Assembly (NCBI GenBank): GCA_040752695.1
Contig: JBFMGO010000008.1
Location: 1-64,000 of the forward strand
Direction: 5' to 3'
Length of the DNA stretch: 64,000 nucleotides
From: a bacterium
Lineage (GTDB): Bacteria; SZUA-182; DTGQ01
Shown here: in pieces, positions 17,793-27,360 of the stretch
Layout: each line of letters opens with the position of its first letter
Position numbering within the stretch: position 1 is the first letter of the stretch
Notes under the pieces: generated by a model
Told to the model about the DNA's origin: nothing
Databases searched by the model: none
The model's input: only the letters and a program-made list of their open reading frames with translations
Made by a program: the position numbers and the translations under genes

Positions 17793-18598
17793 CGGTCATT
17801 TCCTTTTCCTGATAATTCAAAGACAACCTGCCGTATTTCGAGGAGGGCGATTTCCTCTTCTCCCACCTGAAACATATGCTGGCCCCTGCCGCTATAGAAC
17901 GGCCCCCCCAGGGGAATCCAGTCGGTCATCCGTCCGAGTTTAACCCGTTCATCCTCATGAAGAAAGGATTCAGGGTAGAGGACCGGCAGATAGCAGTTCA
18001 GGCTGAGCCCTTCCCAGGTCGTTATCTGAGCGGTAATCCACAGAAGGTCAAACAGGGTCTTCGGCTGGGAGATGGAAAGCTCCCTCAATGATTCCAGGGG
18101 TATCCAAAGATACCGCTCATGCACGATCACTTCGAGGAAAAGAGACAGGAAAGCATCCATGTCCCTGAAGCCGTTGAAGTTTCTGCCGTCTATGGTACCC
18201 GATCGAGAAGGACACAGCGCTTCTATCCGGTCGTACAGCTTCTGCGCCTCTACAGTATCCTTCTCAAGAAGCTTATCCCAGGCCGTAAAATACATTTCAA
18301 GCCAGGATGGTGCCTGCGTCAGAAACGATGGATAGCGGTTTCGTTGATAAACCTCGATCCGCTCTTTTTCTGCCTGGACCAGATTTTTGTAGACCTGCAC
18401 GCCTGTCTCGGCAGACGAATCCTGGACAGCAATCGCATCGAGATGGCGCTGCGCCTTATCCCATTCACCGCCCAGAGCAAGCACCTGAAACAGGAGCGTC
18501 CTTTTGCTCACATCACAAGGTGATGATTTGACTTCCCCGATGAGCTGCTTTCGAGCTTCGGAAAGTCTTCCGGCTCTGATTAACTCTTTTACATCCAT
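17789..18598 (-). CDS. tagJ: TagJ/ImpE family accessory protein
   Basis: R.LLFQ+L...G+W++A, Y.W+P...L, P..L.DLLW, P.LYP.S, KLGR.TDW and G.GQ. Confidence 0.9.
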   Translation of the reverse strand: MDVKELIRAGRLSEARKQLIGEVKSSPCDVSKRTLLFQVLALGGEWDKAQRHLDAIAVQDSSAETGVQVYKNLVQAEKERIEVYQRNRYPSFLTQAPSWLEMYFTAWDKLLEKDTVEAQKLYDRIEALCPSRSGTIDGRNFNGFRDMDAFLSLFLEVIVHERYLWIPLESLRELSISQPKTLFDLLWITAQITTWEGLSLNCYLPVLYPESFLHEDERVKLGRMTDWIPLGGPFYSGRGQHMFQVGEEEIALLEIRQVVFELSGKGNDR

Positions 18599-18634
18599 AA
18601 CCAACAGGGCCTCCAAAAAGGGGTAAGTAGTTAT

Positions 18635-19606
18635 TCAAAAGGACCAAAGAAGCATAAAATCAGCGGGCTTGAGCGGCCGCTGAAAAAAAGCCAGGGAACT
18701 GTTTCCCACGGTTCCACCCATAAAAACGGCTTTGGGCATTCTCCCGCCAGCAGATCCATGATGATTCTTCAAAAAGCGATGCCAGAGGCTGATCTGGGAA
18801 AGACAGTCATAGTCTTTTTCCTGATCAAGACCGATCAAAACCACATCCTTTGAAAAGTCCGGAGTCCTTCCGGCAGTTTCCACAGGGTTACCGGACAATC
18901 CCGGCCCCTGCCCCTGGTCATGGGATAATCCCTGCTTTTGGTCATGAGATAATCCCTGCTCCGGGTCACAGGACAATCCCTGACTCTTGTCACAGGATAA
19001 TCCGCTGCACGCCTCTTTTTCCTGGGAGAGGCAAGACCACTGAGAACGCGGCGGCTTTATGGCCAGAATACCATCTTCCAGATGCCGCCTGTCAGCCACG
19101 GGGGTTCCCTGCCCTCCTGCGCTAGCAGCCAGGTGCTCCATCTGGCTCCAGCTCCTTTCACAGGCCAGGGATACCAGATCCCACCGCTCTTCCCATCCAG
19201 GCAGGGGGCCTGTCCCCATAATCAGGAGGGGATATGGACGGCCAAGCCGGTCACTGCTGTCCCTGACCAGGCCGCAGACCAGCATGTCCTTTGCCGATCC
19301 CCTGGTCCAAAAGCGAAAGGAGTGCACACAAGAGGCAGGGGACGACGTGGCAGCCTCCCGCTCTGTGGCTCTCTCCCCCTTCCGTTCTGTGGCTTTCTCA
19401 CTCTCCCGCTCAGGCTTATGCGGCTGCCCGCAGCAGCCGGTCAGCCCCGAAGGAGAAGGAATACCCCTGCAAGACACAAGGCCATAGCCGTTCCTCACCC
19501 AATCGGCAAAAACGCTCACCAGCGAAAAATCCCGGCCAAGCCGAATATAGTCATTGACCACAGGGTGCTTGCCCTGAGCCGCCCACTGCCACGGTGGCTG
19601 CTTCAT
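18635..19606 (-). CDS. tagF: TagF (DUF2094) T6SS negative regulator-like protein with repeat insertions
   Basis: GKHP...DY and SSDRLGRPYPL motifs; directly after tssM. Confidence 0.82.
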   Translation of the reverse strand: MKQPPWQWAAQGKHPVVNDYIRLGRDFSLVSVFADWVRNGYGLVSCRGIPSPSGLTGCCGQPHKPERESEKATERKGERATEREAATSSPASCVHSFRFWTRGSAKDMLVCGLVRDSSDRLGRPYPLLIMGTGPLPGWEERWDLVSLACERSWSQMEHLAASAGGQGTPVADRRHLEDGILAIKPPRSQWSCLSQEKEACSGLSCDKSQGLSCDPEQGLSHDQKQGLSHDQGQGPGLSGNPVETAGRTPDFSKDVVLIGLDQEKDYDCLSQISLWHRFLKNHHGSAGGRMPKAVFMGGTVGNSSLAFFQRPLKPADFMLLWSF

Positions 19607-19624
19607 TCATACCCCTTTGCCGTT

Positions 19625-22600
19625 TCAATCCTCGCACAGAACGATCTCCTGCGGCACCCGCGATGGAACATCCCGCAAAAGAGCACGGATCGCTTGATAC
19701 TGTCCACCGAACTGGTACCGGGCCTTGATGTATTTGATGCCCAGATTGTTCAGCATGGCTTTTTGTTCCGGGAATTCATTGGCTGAAAAGGTGCGCTCTC
19801 CTCCCTGAAAATCCTCTAAAAACCTGGCGAAAGCCTGATCACCCGTATACTTTTTCGTGAGAGTCAAATCTTCGCCCCTGTCGGTCTGGAAATCGATCTG
19901 AAACGTGACTTCCCCGCAAGCATCAGGCGACCAGGTAAAGGTCTTGGAGACCAGGGTATTGATGTTACGCAGGCTTTGCAGTCCTGAGGCACAGCTCAGT
20001 TCGAGCCGGCTGGCGTAAGGCTTATACCTGGCGTCTGGATTGACATCCGTAGGCAGGCCCTTGATCGAGACGAAATATTCCTTTTCAACGGTTTTCATGG
20101 CCGCAGCTCCTTTGTTGAGAAAGGAGAAAAACGAATCGGCGAAGGGTATTTTTCCATCCCCAGCCTCCTTGGCATAATATCCTTTACTCAGGCTGCGGCT
20201 GATGAATGGCCCGGCCTTGCCCTTGACAAATTTCCACACATAACCATCCGGTCCCAGAACGAACTGCTGGACGTCCTTCAATCCGGAGATTCCCCGGATT
20301 TCGGTCAGCACCTCCTGTTCCCATTGATTCTGGAGATAACAGGCTGCTTCCGAATCTACAAAGTACCGCAGATAACCAACTGGTCCATAGATCAGTCTGC
20401 AAAACATCTCATCCGATGAGCCGCTGCCCGATAACAAAGAAAACTTGAGCTTATCAACGGCCCGCTGGGCGCTGAAGAAAGGATTTTTACCTGTGGCAGG
20501 TTCTTCACTATAGACCTGAGCAGCCACCTGATAGGCCAGACTGGCAGAGGTCAAAGCCGGGGCGATCTCGGCCAGGGCATGGCCGTATTCCTGATACGCC
20601 TGAACGGCGCCCCCTTGCGCTTCCTGAGTCAGTGCAGCCAGCTTGCCGGCTTTCTTTTCCATGCTGCTCACCAGTTTCTTTCCCTGGTCTGTCACCTTGT
20701 CCAGAATCCCTTTTTCCCTTGAAGGGTCCTCTTCTTTAACTGACCGGGTCTTGACTGACTGAAACTGGTAAACCAGGGTGACCCAGGGCGGTGCCTGCTC
20801 CCTGGCGGCTGTCAGGGGCTCAAGCTCCCTGGCCATGGTGTCTAAGAGCGCCTGATAGGGGCCTGTTCCGGCGGCCATTCTGGCTGCCACCTGCCGCCTT
20901 GCCTCTCTTTTCCCCAGTTTTCCCGCTCCTTTGGAAAAGTCTGCTCCAAAATCATACCATGCCTTCACGTATGTCTGATGATACCAGGTCTCGAAGGCGG
21001 ATTTTTGTCCGGTCATGATCGAAATATCCGGAAAGGCTGATTCGATCTCACCGAGCAAAGAATATATCTGCTCCTTCCCCTTGACGGTAAAGGCCGAACC
21101 AACCGAAGCATGATTATCGTCGGTACGGCTGTCCTCCGCCATGCAGGCTCCGTTGGTTTCAAGGGCTCCATGGGCTTCACTGGCTTCGTGCGCCACACGG
21201 GCTCCTTCGGGTTCACGGCCTTCGTGCTGACTGGATGGAGAAGCCGCTGACTGGTTGTTTCCCCAGAAATCCGCACGGGTAACACCGGGAAGATCAGGAT
21301 CAACCCCGTTGATCAGCCAGCGGAGATTTCTTCCTTCCCTGCTCAGAATATCCCATAAGCGCTTCTGCTGATCACGCATCTCCAGCTCCAGGCGGCCGAT
21401 GTCAGTGTTCCAGACCAGATAGTAGAGGTATAAGGTGTCCATAAGGGCCCCTGCATCGGGAGTTATTTCCTGATCAAAGAGCCTGAGGGTTCCCTGGTCC
21501 ACGAAAGAGGCGCTTTGCGCCGCAGGAGCCCCTTGCGCTCTGGATGATGCGGCCTGCCGGGTCCAGGCGGATGAGGGCTGAGGCCTGGCCTTAAGTGTCT
21601 CGATGTCCTGTCCATCATGTCCGTCATGTCCATTAAGGCGGGCTTTCAGGAGATTGATGCGCCTTGCCAGGTAGCCCACCTGCTGCAAAATGTCCTCATC
21701 AGAGGCGGAGCCGGAAAGACCCTTGATGTTGGCAGCCAGCCATTCATCGAAGGGAGCTGAAACCGATTCCTGAAATCGCTGGCAGTAGGTGCGCTTGAGG
21801 CCGGTTTCGACATCCCGGCTCTCATGCAGGCCAAAGGAGGGAATCCACCGTTTTTGGTTGAAGCCCTCCACGTTCAGGACTGTCTGGCGAAAGTGATCAA
21901 GGGATTGCAGGTCGTTCAGGCCTGCTGCCACAGAGGCTCTCTGCGCCACAGAGGCTCTCTGCGCCACAGGGGTGCTTTGGGCGGCAGGGGCGCTTTGTGC
22001 GGCAGGTTTTAAAAGTTCGATGCGACTCTGGCTCAGGATTTTCATATCCATGACAAAGGAGAAACTCAACAGGCCGCACAGGGCAGCCATCAGAGACATC
22101 CATGAGATCAGACCGAGACTTCTGGTCATCCGGCTCCACTCCAGGGAGTGGCGGGTAGGGGCGAAAAGGTTTCGTTCCTCTGGCAGTATGTGGGAGAAAA
22201 AGTCGTGCAGGAAAAGACCCTTATTCGTGCCGGGAAGCACTTCCCGCTCAGCCGTGAGGCCAAGGTCGTGTAAAAAGTGAGAAAAAGGGGTTCCCTCCTG
22301 ACGGCCGCTGCTCAGAAAGAGGCCCCTCAGACTGGGTGTTTCCTGATAGGGATTTTCCTGAAAGACCCGCTTCAGGAAAATATCAAGGCCCGGCCTCAGG
22401 CGGTCAAGTTCTTCAGGAAACAAAAGAAGAGCAGGGTCCACCGGCACCGGCACACCACCGGCTCCCTGCGCTTTGGAGGAGGCTCTTTTGGCTGAGGAGG
22501 CTTTTTGGGCTTTTGATTCGAGTTGATGGACAAGGAGAAGCCGAAGGTCTCTGAGGCGTTCTCCGATTGAAGCGAATGCCTGATTCTGGAAAGCGGCCAC

Positions 22601-23479
22601 ATCCTTCGAGAGATCCTGGTTGATGAATCCCATGGCCTGATCGAGACTTTTCTCCGGGAGTTGGTCGCACATTTGCGTCATCCCCTGAATCAGGTCGCAC
22701 TTGGTCACCAGGACATATACCGGAAAAGTGACCCCCAGGGCGCGCATCAACTCATCGATGCGGCGGCGAATGGCTGTGCCGTCATCTTCGAGAGCTTCAG
22801 TCCTGCCATCATCGAGCAATTTATCGGCCGCTATCGTTACCAAAAGGCCGTTGAGGGGCTCCCGCTTCCGGTATTTGACGAGGAGATTGAGGAATTTCTG
22901 CCACTCATCCTTATCCCGGCCTTCGTCAATCGGGATGGCGTATCTTCCGGCTGTATCGATAACGATGGCCTGCTCGAAGAACCACCAGTCGCAGTTTCTG
23001 GTGCCTGAAATCCCCGATGTCCGGGTAACCTCGGCAAAGGGTGAGGAAAGGCGGGCGCTTTGCAGGGCTGTAGTCTTTCCTGAACCGCTTTCACCGATCA
23101 CCAGGTACCAGGGAAGTACATAGAGTGGGTTTCCTGATTTCTTCAGATGCGAGCGTTTCAGGGCGGCAACAGCCTCTTTCCATTTCTCCTGAAGCTCCTG
23201 GGATTTCTCTCTTTCCCCTCCCGAAAGATTCTGAAGCGATGCCTGGTCCTGCTCAATGATCTGTTGAACGAAGCGTTGTTCCCGGCGTCTGAGCCAGACT
23301 TTCCGGAAAAAAAGTCCTCCGATCCCAAGTCCTGCCAGCCCCAATGCCAGGAAAACTCCCATCCACCAGGGCCAATCGAGCCAGAAAACAAGCCCGAAGA
23401 CGAAGAGAATAACCAGGATAACTGCGGTAAGGAGTAAAAAAATCTTTATCGTCTTTAAAAATAGCTGCTTCATAGTCAT
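19625..23479 (-). CDS. tssM: T6SS membrane complex TssM (IcmF)
   Basis: N-terminal TMs, LY.LPWY++IG.SGSGKTT, T.NCDWWF, IDTAGRY, P+NG++V and FPVYV+.TKCDL. Confidence 0.95.
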   Translation of the reverse strand: MTMKQLFLKTIKIFLLLTAVILVILFVFGLVFWLDWPWWMGVFLALGLAGLGIGGLFFRKVWLRRREQRFVQQIIEQDQASLQNLSGGEREKSQELQEKWKEAVAALKRSHLKKSGNPLYVLPWYLVIGESGSGKTTALQSARLSSPFAEVTRTSGISGTRNCDWWFFEQAIVIDTAGRYAIPIDEGRDKDEWQKFLNLLVKYRKREPLNGLLVTIAADKLLDDGRTEALEDDGTAIRRRIDELMRALGVTFPVYVLVTKCDLIQGMTQMCDQLPEKSLDQAMGFINQDLSKDVAAFQNQAFASIGERLRDLRLLLVHQLESKAQKASSAKRASSKAQGAGGVPVPVDPALLLFPEELDRLRPGLDIFLKRVFQENPYQETPSLRGLFLSSGRQEGTPFSHFLHDLGLTAEREVLPGTNKGLFLHDFFSHILPEERNLFAPTRHSLEWSRMTRSLGLISWMSLMAALCGLLSFSFVMDMKILSQSRIELLKPAAQSAPAAQSTPVAQRASVAQRASVAAGLNDLQSLDHFRQTVLNVEGFNQKRWIPSFGLHESRDVETGLKRTYCQRFQESVSAPFDEWLAANIKGLSGSASDEDILQQVGYLARRINLLKARLNGHDGHDGQDIETLKARPQPSSAWTRQAASSRAQGAPAAQSASFVDQGTLRLFDQEITPDAGALMDTLYLYYLVWNTDIGRLELEMRDQQKRLWDILSREGRNLRWLINGVDPDLPGVTRADFWGNNQSAASPSSQHEGREPEGARVAHEASEAHGALETNGACMAEDSRTDDNHASVGSAFTVKGKEQIYSLLGEIESAFPDISIMTGQKSAFETWYHQTYVKAWYDFGADFSKGAGKLGKREARRQVAARMAAGTGPYQALLDTMARELEPLTAAREQAPPWVTLVYQFQSVKTRSVKEEDPSREKGILDKVTDQGKKLVSSMEKKAGKLAALTQEAQGGAVQAYQEYGHALAEIAPALTSASLAYQVAAQVYSEEPATGKNPFFSAQRAVDKLKFSLLSGSGSSDEMFCRLIYGPVGYLRYFVDSEAACYLQNQWEQEVLTEIRGISGLKDVQQFVLGPDGYVWKFVKGKAGPFISRSLSKGYYAKEAGDGKIPFADSFFSFLNKGAAAMKTVEKEYFVSIKGLPTDVNPDARYKPYASRLELSCASGLQSLRNINTLVSKTFTWSPDACGEVTFQIDFQTDRGEDLTLTKKYTGDQAFARFLEDFQGGERTFSANEFPEQKAMLNNLGIKYIKARYQFGGQYQAIRALLRDVPSRVPQEIVLCED

Positions 23480-24153
23480 GGCACCATAGTGAGAAGATGT
23501 TTACCCTGGCCGGTCAGGACAAAGTGGTATATTATCCATAACAGCCCGAAAAGGAAGGCAGGTCCTGCAAGACCGATCAGAGTAACGAGCGCAAAGCGGC
23601 TCTTTCTCTGTTGAGGAGAGGTCCCGGCCGTTTCAGCGGGATAGCCTGCCGGAAACAGCTCCATCCTGTCCAGGGTGGGGAGCCCAACCGAACTGCCGGT
23701 AAGCAGCTTAAGATTCGAAGTCTTGAGCTGCTCCAAAAGGTATTGATCGCCTTCATGGCAGTAGCGGCCGGTAAAGCCAAGAGCCAGGCACAGATAATAG
23801 ACTTCCCTGACCTCTTTCTGGTGAAGCCCGATAGTGTTGAGCCGCTCGAAAAATTCTTCGCCTGCGTCGGCGGTACGATAGTAGATGCGCTGGAGCTGCT
23901 CTTTTTGCCAGAGCCCTTTTCCTTCCCAGGAAGAATTCAGAATAGCTTCATCAATCCAGGCACAGATGGCAAAGCGGGCCATATCGTAATCTTCCATGGA
24001 GAGGGAATGCTTCTTGACGCACTCCTCACTCCTTGAGAGAAAACGCTGAATATCGGCCTTGACCTGGTCGATGGAGGGCTGATTTTTATCTCCCTGCCTG
24101 AGCATGTAAGCCGTATAGACAATAACCTCTATAAAGCTATCGATCAGACGCAT
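23476..24153 (-). CDS. tssL: TssL (DotU), single C-terminal TM, no OmpA domain
   Basis: ARFA+CAW+DE, W....LQ, AGEEFF.RL and EVYYLCL.LGF.GRY. Confidence 0.95.
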   Translation of the reverse strand: MRLIDSFIEVIVYTAYMLRQGDKNQPSIDQVKADIQRFLSRSEECVKKHSLSMEDYDMARFAICAWIDEAILNSSWEGKGLWQKEQLQRIYYRTADAGEEFFERLNTIGLHQKEVREVYYLCLALGFTGRYCHEGDQYLLEQLKTSNLKLLTGSSVGLPTLDRMELFPAGYPAETAGTSPQQRKSRFALVTLIGLAGPAFLFGLLWIIYHFVLTGQGKHLLTMVP

Positions 24154-24280
24154 GATGATGACCTTTCTACAACATCGATCAGTTTTATAACATCGATCAG
24201 TTGCATTCTAATGACCTTTCCACAACGTCGATCAGTCCTGTAACATCGATCAGTTGCATTATGATGACCTTTCCACAATC
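24154..24280. repeat. ~53-bp tandem repeat echoing the tssK 3' end
   Basis: ATGACCTTTC(C/T)ACAA at 24158, 24211 and 24264, with internal AC(A/G)TCGATCAGT subrepeats. Confidence 0.85.
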
Positions 24281-25725
24281 ATGAGTTCAGCTTCCAGATC
24301 TTCGGGAGCATCATCCCAGTACAGGGCGAGATTGCGGTTCTTTTCCACCATGGCCCATGACTCGGCATGGTGATCGATCTTTAGATAGATACAGTTGCTT
24401 CGGCGTGGCAGCTCCTGGGGCGGGATGGGAAGGTGCTCAAGCCGGATGCCGGGCAGGGAGCGGGCAATTAAAATGGGCAGATACTCCCGGCAGTTTACCT
24501 TGGCCATGCTCTTCAGGGACTGAAGGGCAGCGCCGGGGTCCTGGTCGGTTTTCAGGACCAGGTAATAACGATGTCCGCCGTCAAAGATGCCTGGAGGCAG
24601 GTCGGCGGCATAGTAAGTCCCGTCGTAGTGGAGCCGGATCACGTATTCCGGCCCGGCGGTAATCTCATCGAGCAGTTGCGTAACCAGACCCTGGGCTGCC
24701 GAGAAACAGGCCCAGAGGTTCCGGTGGTCGTAGGCGGGCAGAAGATTCGTTCCGTCTTCGGTCTCGCCCATGACCTTGATTTTCTCCGAAAATGAGGAGA
24801 GCTCTCCGATCAACTGTCGCAGCAGGCCGTAAACAGTCCAGGGGTGCACCTTTTGAGCCTCCATGACCTGGAAAAGAGGAGGCACATAGCGGTTAAGAGA
24901 CCGCAGTGCCAAAAGATAAACCATGTCCCTGGCCCCGAACTCGGCTGTATGAATTCCTTTTTGGCGCTTGTACTCCTCCAGTTGACGGCCGCGTGCCGTA
25001 ATCTGATCCCGTATCTCCCTGACTATCCCAAGGAGGATCTTTGAGCCCGAAATGGTCAGTGAAGGAGGGATAAACCGCTCTGAAAGTCTGATTTCCTCGC
25101 CCGCCCGCTCGATCTGAGTCAGGGGCATGAGGAGGTAGTCGCCCAGTTGATCTTTCTCGGTTTCCCAGAATATCCTGAGGGCATAGGAAAGCCGCTTTAC
25201 CTGAGCCGCTGGACCCTGCTGGTGCAGGTCTTTTACTTCTTCCGCATCAGCAGAGGTTACAAACCTGGTGGTTACTGCTGCCATAGGCGTTCCCTGGGTC
25301 ACAGGGGCTCCCTGCGCCACAGGAGTTCCCTGGGCCATAGGGGCTCCTTGGGAAAGGTTGCCTGATTTGGGAAGAACGGTTACATTTTCTCCCTGCGGGT
25401 CCCATTTTTTAAGACCAATATAGATAGGAAAGGGTTTTCCTCCCTCCACCCATGCCTGATCGAAGGAGCGTGCCTCGATCAGGGAGTTACCCGGAAAAAC
25501 CACGTAAGTTCCATCGGGGAAGAGAAATTCGCCCTTAAGAAGGCTGAAAGAGCGGATTCCCAGTGCTGCTTTCTGTACCTCTACCTCCCCGATACCCCAA
25601 AAATAGGGCATGACGAAATGGTAAAAGGGAGTCAGGAGAGATTGAAAAGCAGCATCCTGAAGCTGGAAATGCTGGGGTTGCAGAAAAAGTCCCTGATGCC
25701 AGAAAAGGGGTCTTTGCATGTCCAC
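24259..25725 (-). CDS. tssK: T6SS baseplate subunit TssK
   Basis: W.+GLFL.PQHFQ.QD, FIPP.L, HP...Y..L.QL.GEL..FS and Y.H..L..CF. Confidence 0.96.
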   Translation of the reverse strand: MDMQRPLFWHQGLFLQPQHFQLQDAAFQSLLTPFYHFVMPYFWGIGEVEVQKAALGIRSFSLLKGEFLFPDGTYVVFPGNSLIEARSFDQAWVEGGKPFPIYIGLKKWDPQGENVTVLPKSGNLSQGAPMAQGTPVAQGAPVTQGTPMAAVTTRFVTSADAEEVKDLHQQGPAAQVKRLSYALRIFWETEKDQLGDYLLMPLTQIERAGEEIRLSERFIPPSLTISGSKILLGIVREIRDQITARGRQLEEYKRQKGIHTAEFGARDMVYLLALRSLNRYVPPLFQVMEAQKVHPWTVYGLLRQLIGELSSFSEKIKVMGETEDGTNLLPAYDHRNLWACFSAAQGLVTQLLDEITAGPEYVIRLHYDGTYYAADLPPGIFDGGHRYYLVLKTDQDPGAALQSLKSMAKVNCREYLPILIARSLPGIRLEHLPIPPQELPRRSNCIYLKIDHHAESWAMVEKNRNLALYWDDAPEDLEAELMIVERSS

Positions 25726-25727
25726 CG

Positions 25728-26372
25728 CTACTTTCCTCCCATTCCCTGGGTAGCGCCGGTTTCCTGGGTTCCGCTGGTTTCTTGTGTACTGCCGGTTTCC
25801 TGGGTATTGCCAGCTTCCTGGATACCGTGAGGCCCAAGAAAAAGATCTACCGTCATCGGTCCTGGTTTTAACCGTTTCAGGCCTGAAGAATCCACAGTCT
25901 CTTCAATTACGGGAACCTGAAACAGACGGGTCACCATTTCTTTTCGAAGAAGATAGTAACCGGCCACCACGGCTATGTATTGGGCACCCTCGGCCCGGTC
26001 TAGCGATTTGGTCATATCATGTCCCGGCTGGACGACTACATTCCGGGAGCTTGCCACACTGGCATCAAAACGGCTGCACTCGATAAGCCTGCTCAGTCCC
26101 TCTTCGGTTTCCGCGAGCTCCTGAAAAGCGTTCGGGCTGGAGAGCTGATAAATACACAGGACCACGGTGTGCGAAGTTTTCTGGAACAGGTTTAACTGGG
26201 GATCAGCCTTGATACGCAGTTGAATGGCCTCTTTTTCGTACCGCCATTCCGGCGGAGCAGGGGCGACATACTGCCGGGGGGGAGTAGAAGTTGTCGCGGC
26301 CTTCCGTTTGCGGGCACAGCAGGTCATAATGGTGATAACAATAAGAAAAAGCGCTATAAAGGATTTTTTCAT
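25728..26372 (-). CDS. tssJ: T6SS lipoprotein TssJ
   Basis: Signal peptide ending in Cys; AD..LN, ++YQL, VQPG and A.Y+AVVAGY motifs. Confidence 0.9.
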   Translation of the reverse strand: MKKSFIALFLIVITIMTCCARKRKAATTSTPPRQYVAPAPPEWRYEKEAIQLRIKADPQLNLFQKTSHTVVLCIYQLSSPNAFQELAETEEGLSRLIECSRFDASVASSRNVVVQPGHDMTKSLDRAEGAQYIAVVAGYYLLRKEMVTRLFQVPVIEETVDSSGLKRLKPGPMTVDLFLGPHGIQEAGNTQETGSTQETSGTQETGATQGMGGK

Positions 26373-26399
26373 CTTGTCCCCCTATTCAAAAATAGGTCT

Positions 26400-27254
26400 T
26401 TAATATATCTTTTGACAAACCTTTTCGAATTCCCGTAAGAGTTCTTCCATCAGACGGCCTGATTCGAGCCAGCGCATACAGGCCTGATGTCTTTCTTTGT
26501 AGGATTCGTAGAGTTCAGCCTTGCGGAGCGGGCCAAATTTGAAGCCATGCGCTATCCCGGACCCCTTTGCTGCCGCTTCGATCTGATCGGGACTCAACTC
26601 GGACAGGATTTCTCTTATCTTGGTACTGGCAGCCTGTTGAAAAGCCTGATGAGCAGCGAAAAAAGCTTTCTTAATCTGATCCAGATAATTTTTCAGGGAA
26701 GTAGAGCAATTCTCCCCCTCAAGAGTGGAGCCGATGATCTGTCTGATTGTCTCCAGTTCGGGCTTCCGGCCAAGGAGGGTGGTGTTGATAACCCCGATGA
26801 TCTGATTAAGCGTATCAAAGATGACAGTCAGAGAAGAAGTCAGTTTTGCCAGAAGTTCGGTGGAGGAGAGATCCTCCCTGGCCACGGGTATCCCTACCAG
26901 TTGGGAAAATAACCGCGAAAACTCGGATGACTCATGTCCGGTTCGAGTGTCCGGGCCGGTGTGAGGGGCAATACCGGTTTGAGGGACCATACCAGGTTGA
27001 AGAACCATACCGGCTTGAGGGGCCGTACCGATTTTGGGAGCCATACCGGCTTGAGTGTCCGAGCCGGTTTGAATGGCCGGATCTTCCAGGCTCTTGATGA
27101 GTTGTTCCAAAAGGGCCTGTTTTTCCGCAGATGAGTGTTCCCGAAACCGCTCCACCAGGTATTGTCGAGTCAATAGTTCGGCCTGCGAAGGGTCCGTCCG
27201 GTAGATATTCCTGATGTCATCGGCTAACTCTGATAAAGAAATCCGGTCTGTCAT
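26400..27254 (-). CDS. Hypothetical helical protein, resembles the C-terminal domain of T6SS Fha/TagH
   Basis: AHQAF...A......L..L.P..IE, AEL+E.Y...H and EF.+ pattern; co-oriented just upstream of tssJ. Similarity judged by eye. Confidence 0.55.
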   Translation of the reverse strand: MTDRISLSELADDIRNIYRTDPSQAELLTRQYLVERFREHSSAEKQALLEQLIKSLEDPAIQTGSDTQAGMAPKIGTAPQAGMVLQPGMVPQTGIAPHTGPDTRTGHESSEFSRLFSQLVGIPVAREDLSSTELLAKLTSSLTVIFDTLNQIIGVINTTLLGRKPELETIRQIIGSTLEGENCSTSLKNYLDQIKKAFFAAHQAFQQAASTKIREILSELSPDQIEAAAKGSGIAHGFKFGPLRKAELYESYKERHQACMRWLESGRLMEELLREFEKVCQKIY

Positions 27255-27360
27255 GGTATCATGAACTCTCTTTTATCGTGGTATCTATCTGCTACGGTAT
27301 CTATCCACGGTATTGATCTGACATGGTATCTATCTGCCACGGTTTCTATCTGACACAGTA

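Noticed and set aside
24154..24280. Possible mini-CRISPR or iteron set
   Set aside because: The whole 53-bp period repeats, including the would-be spacer, and it overlaps the tssK stop.
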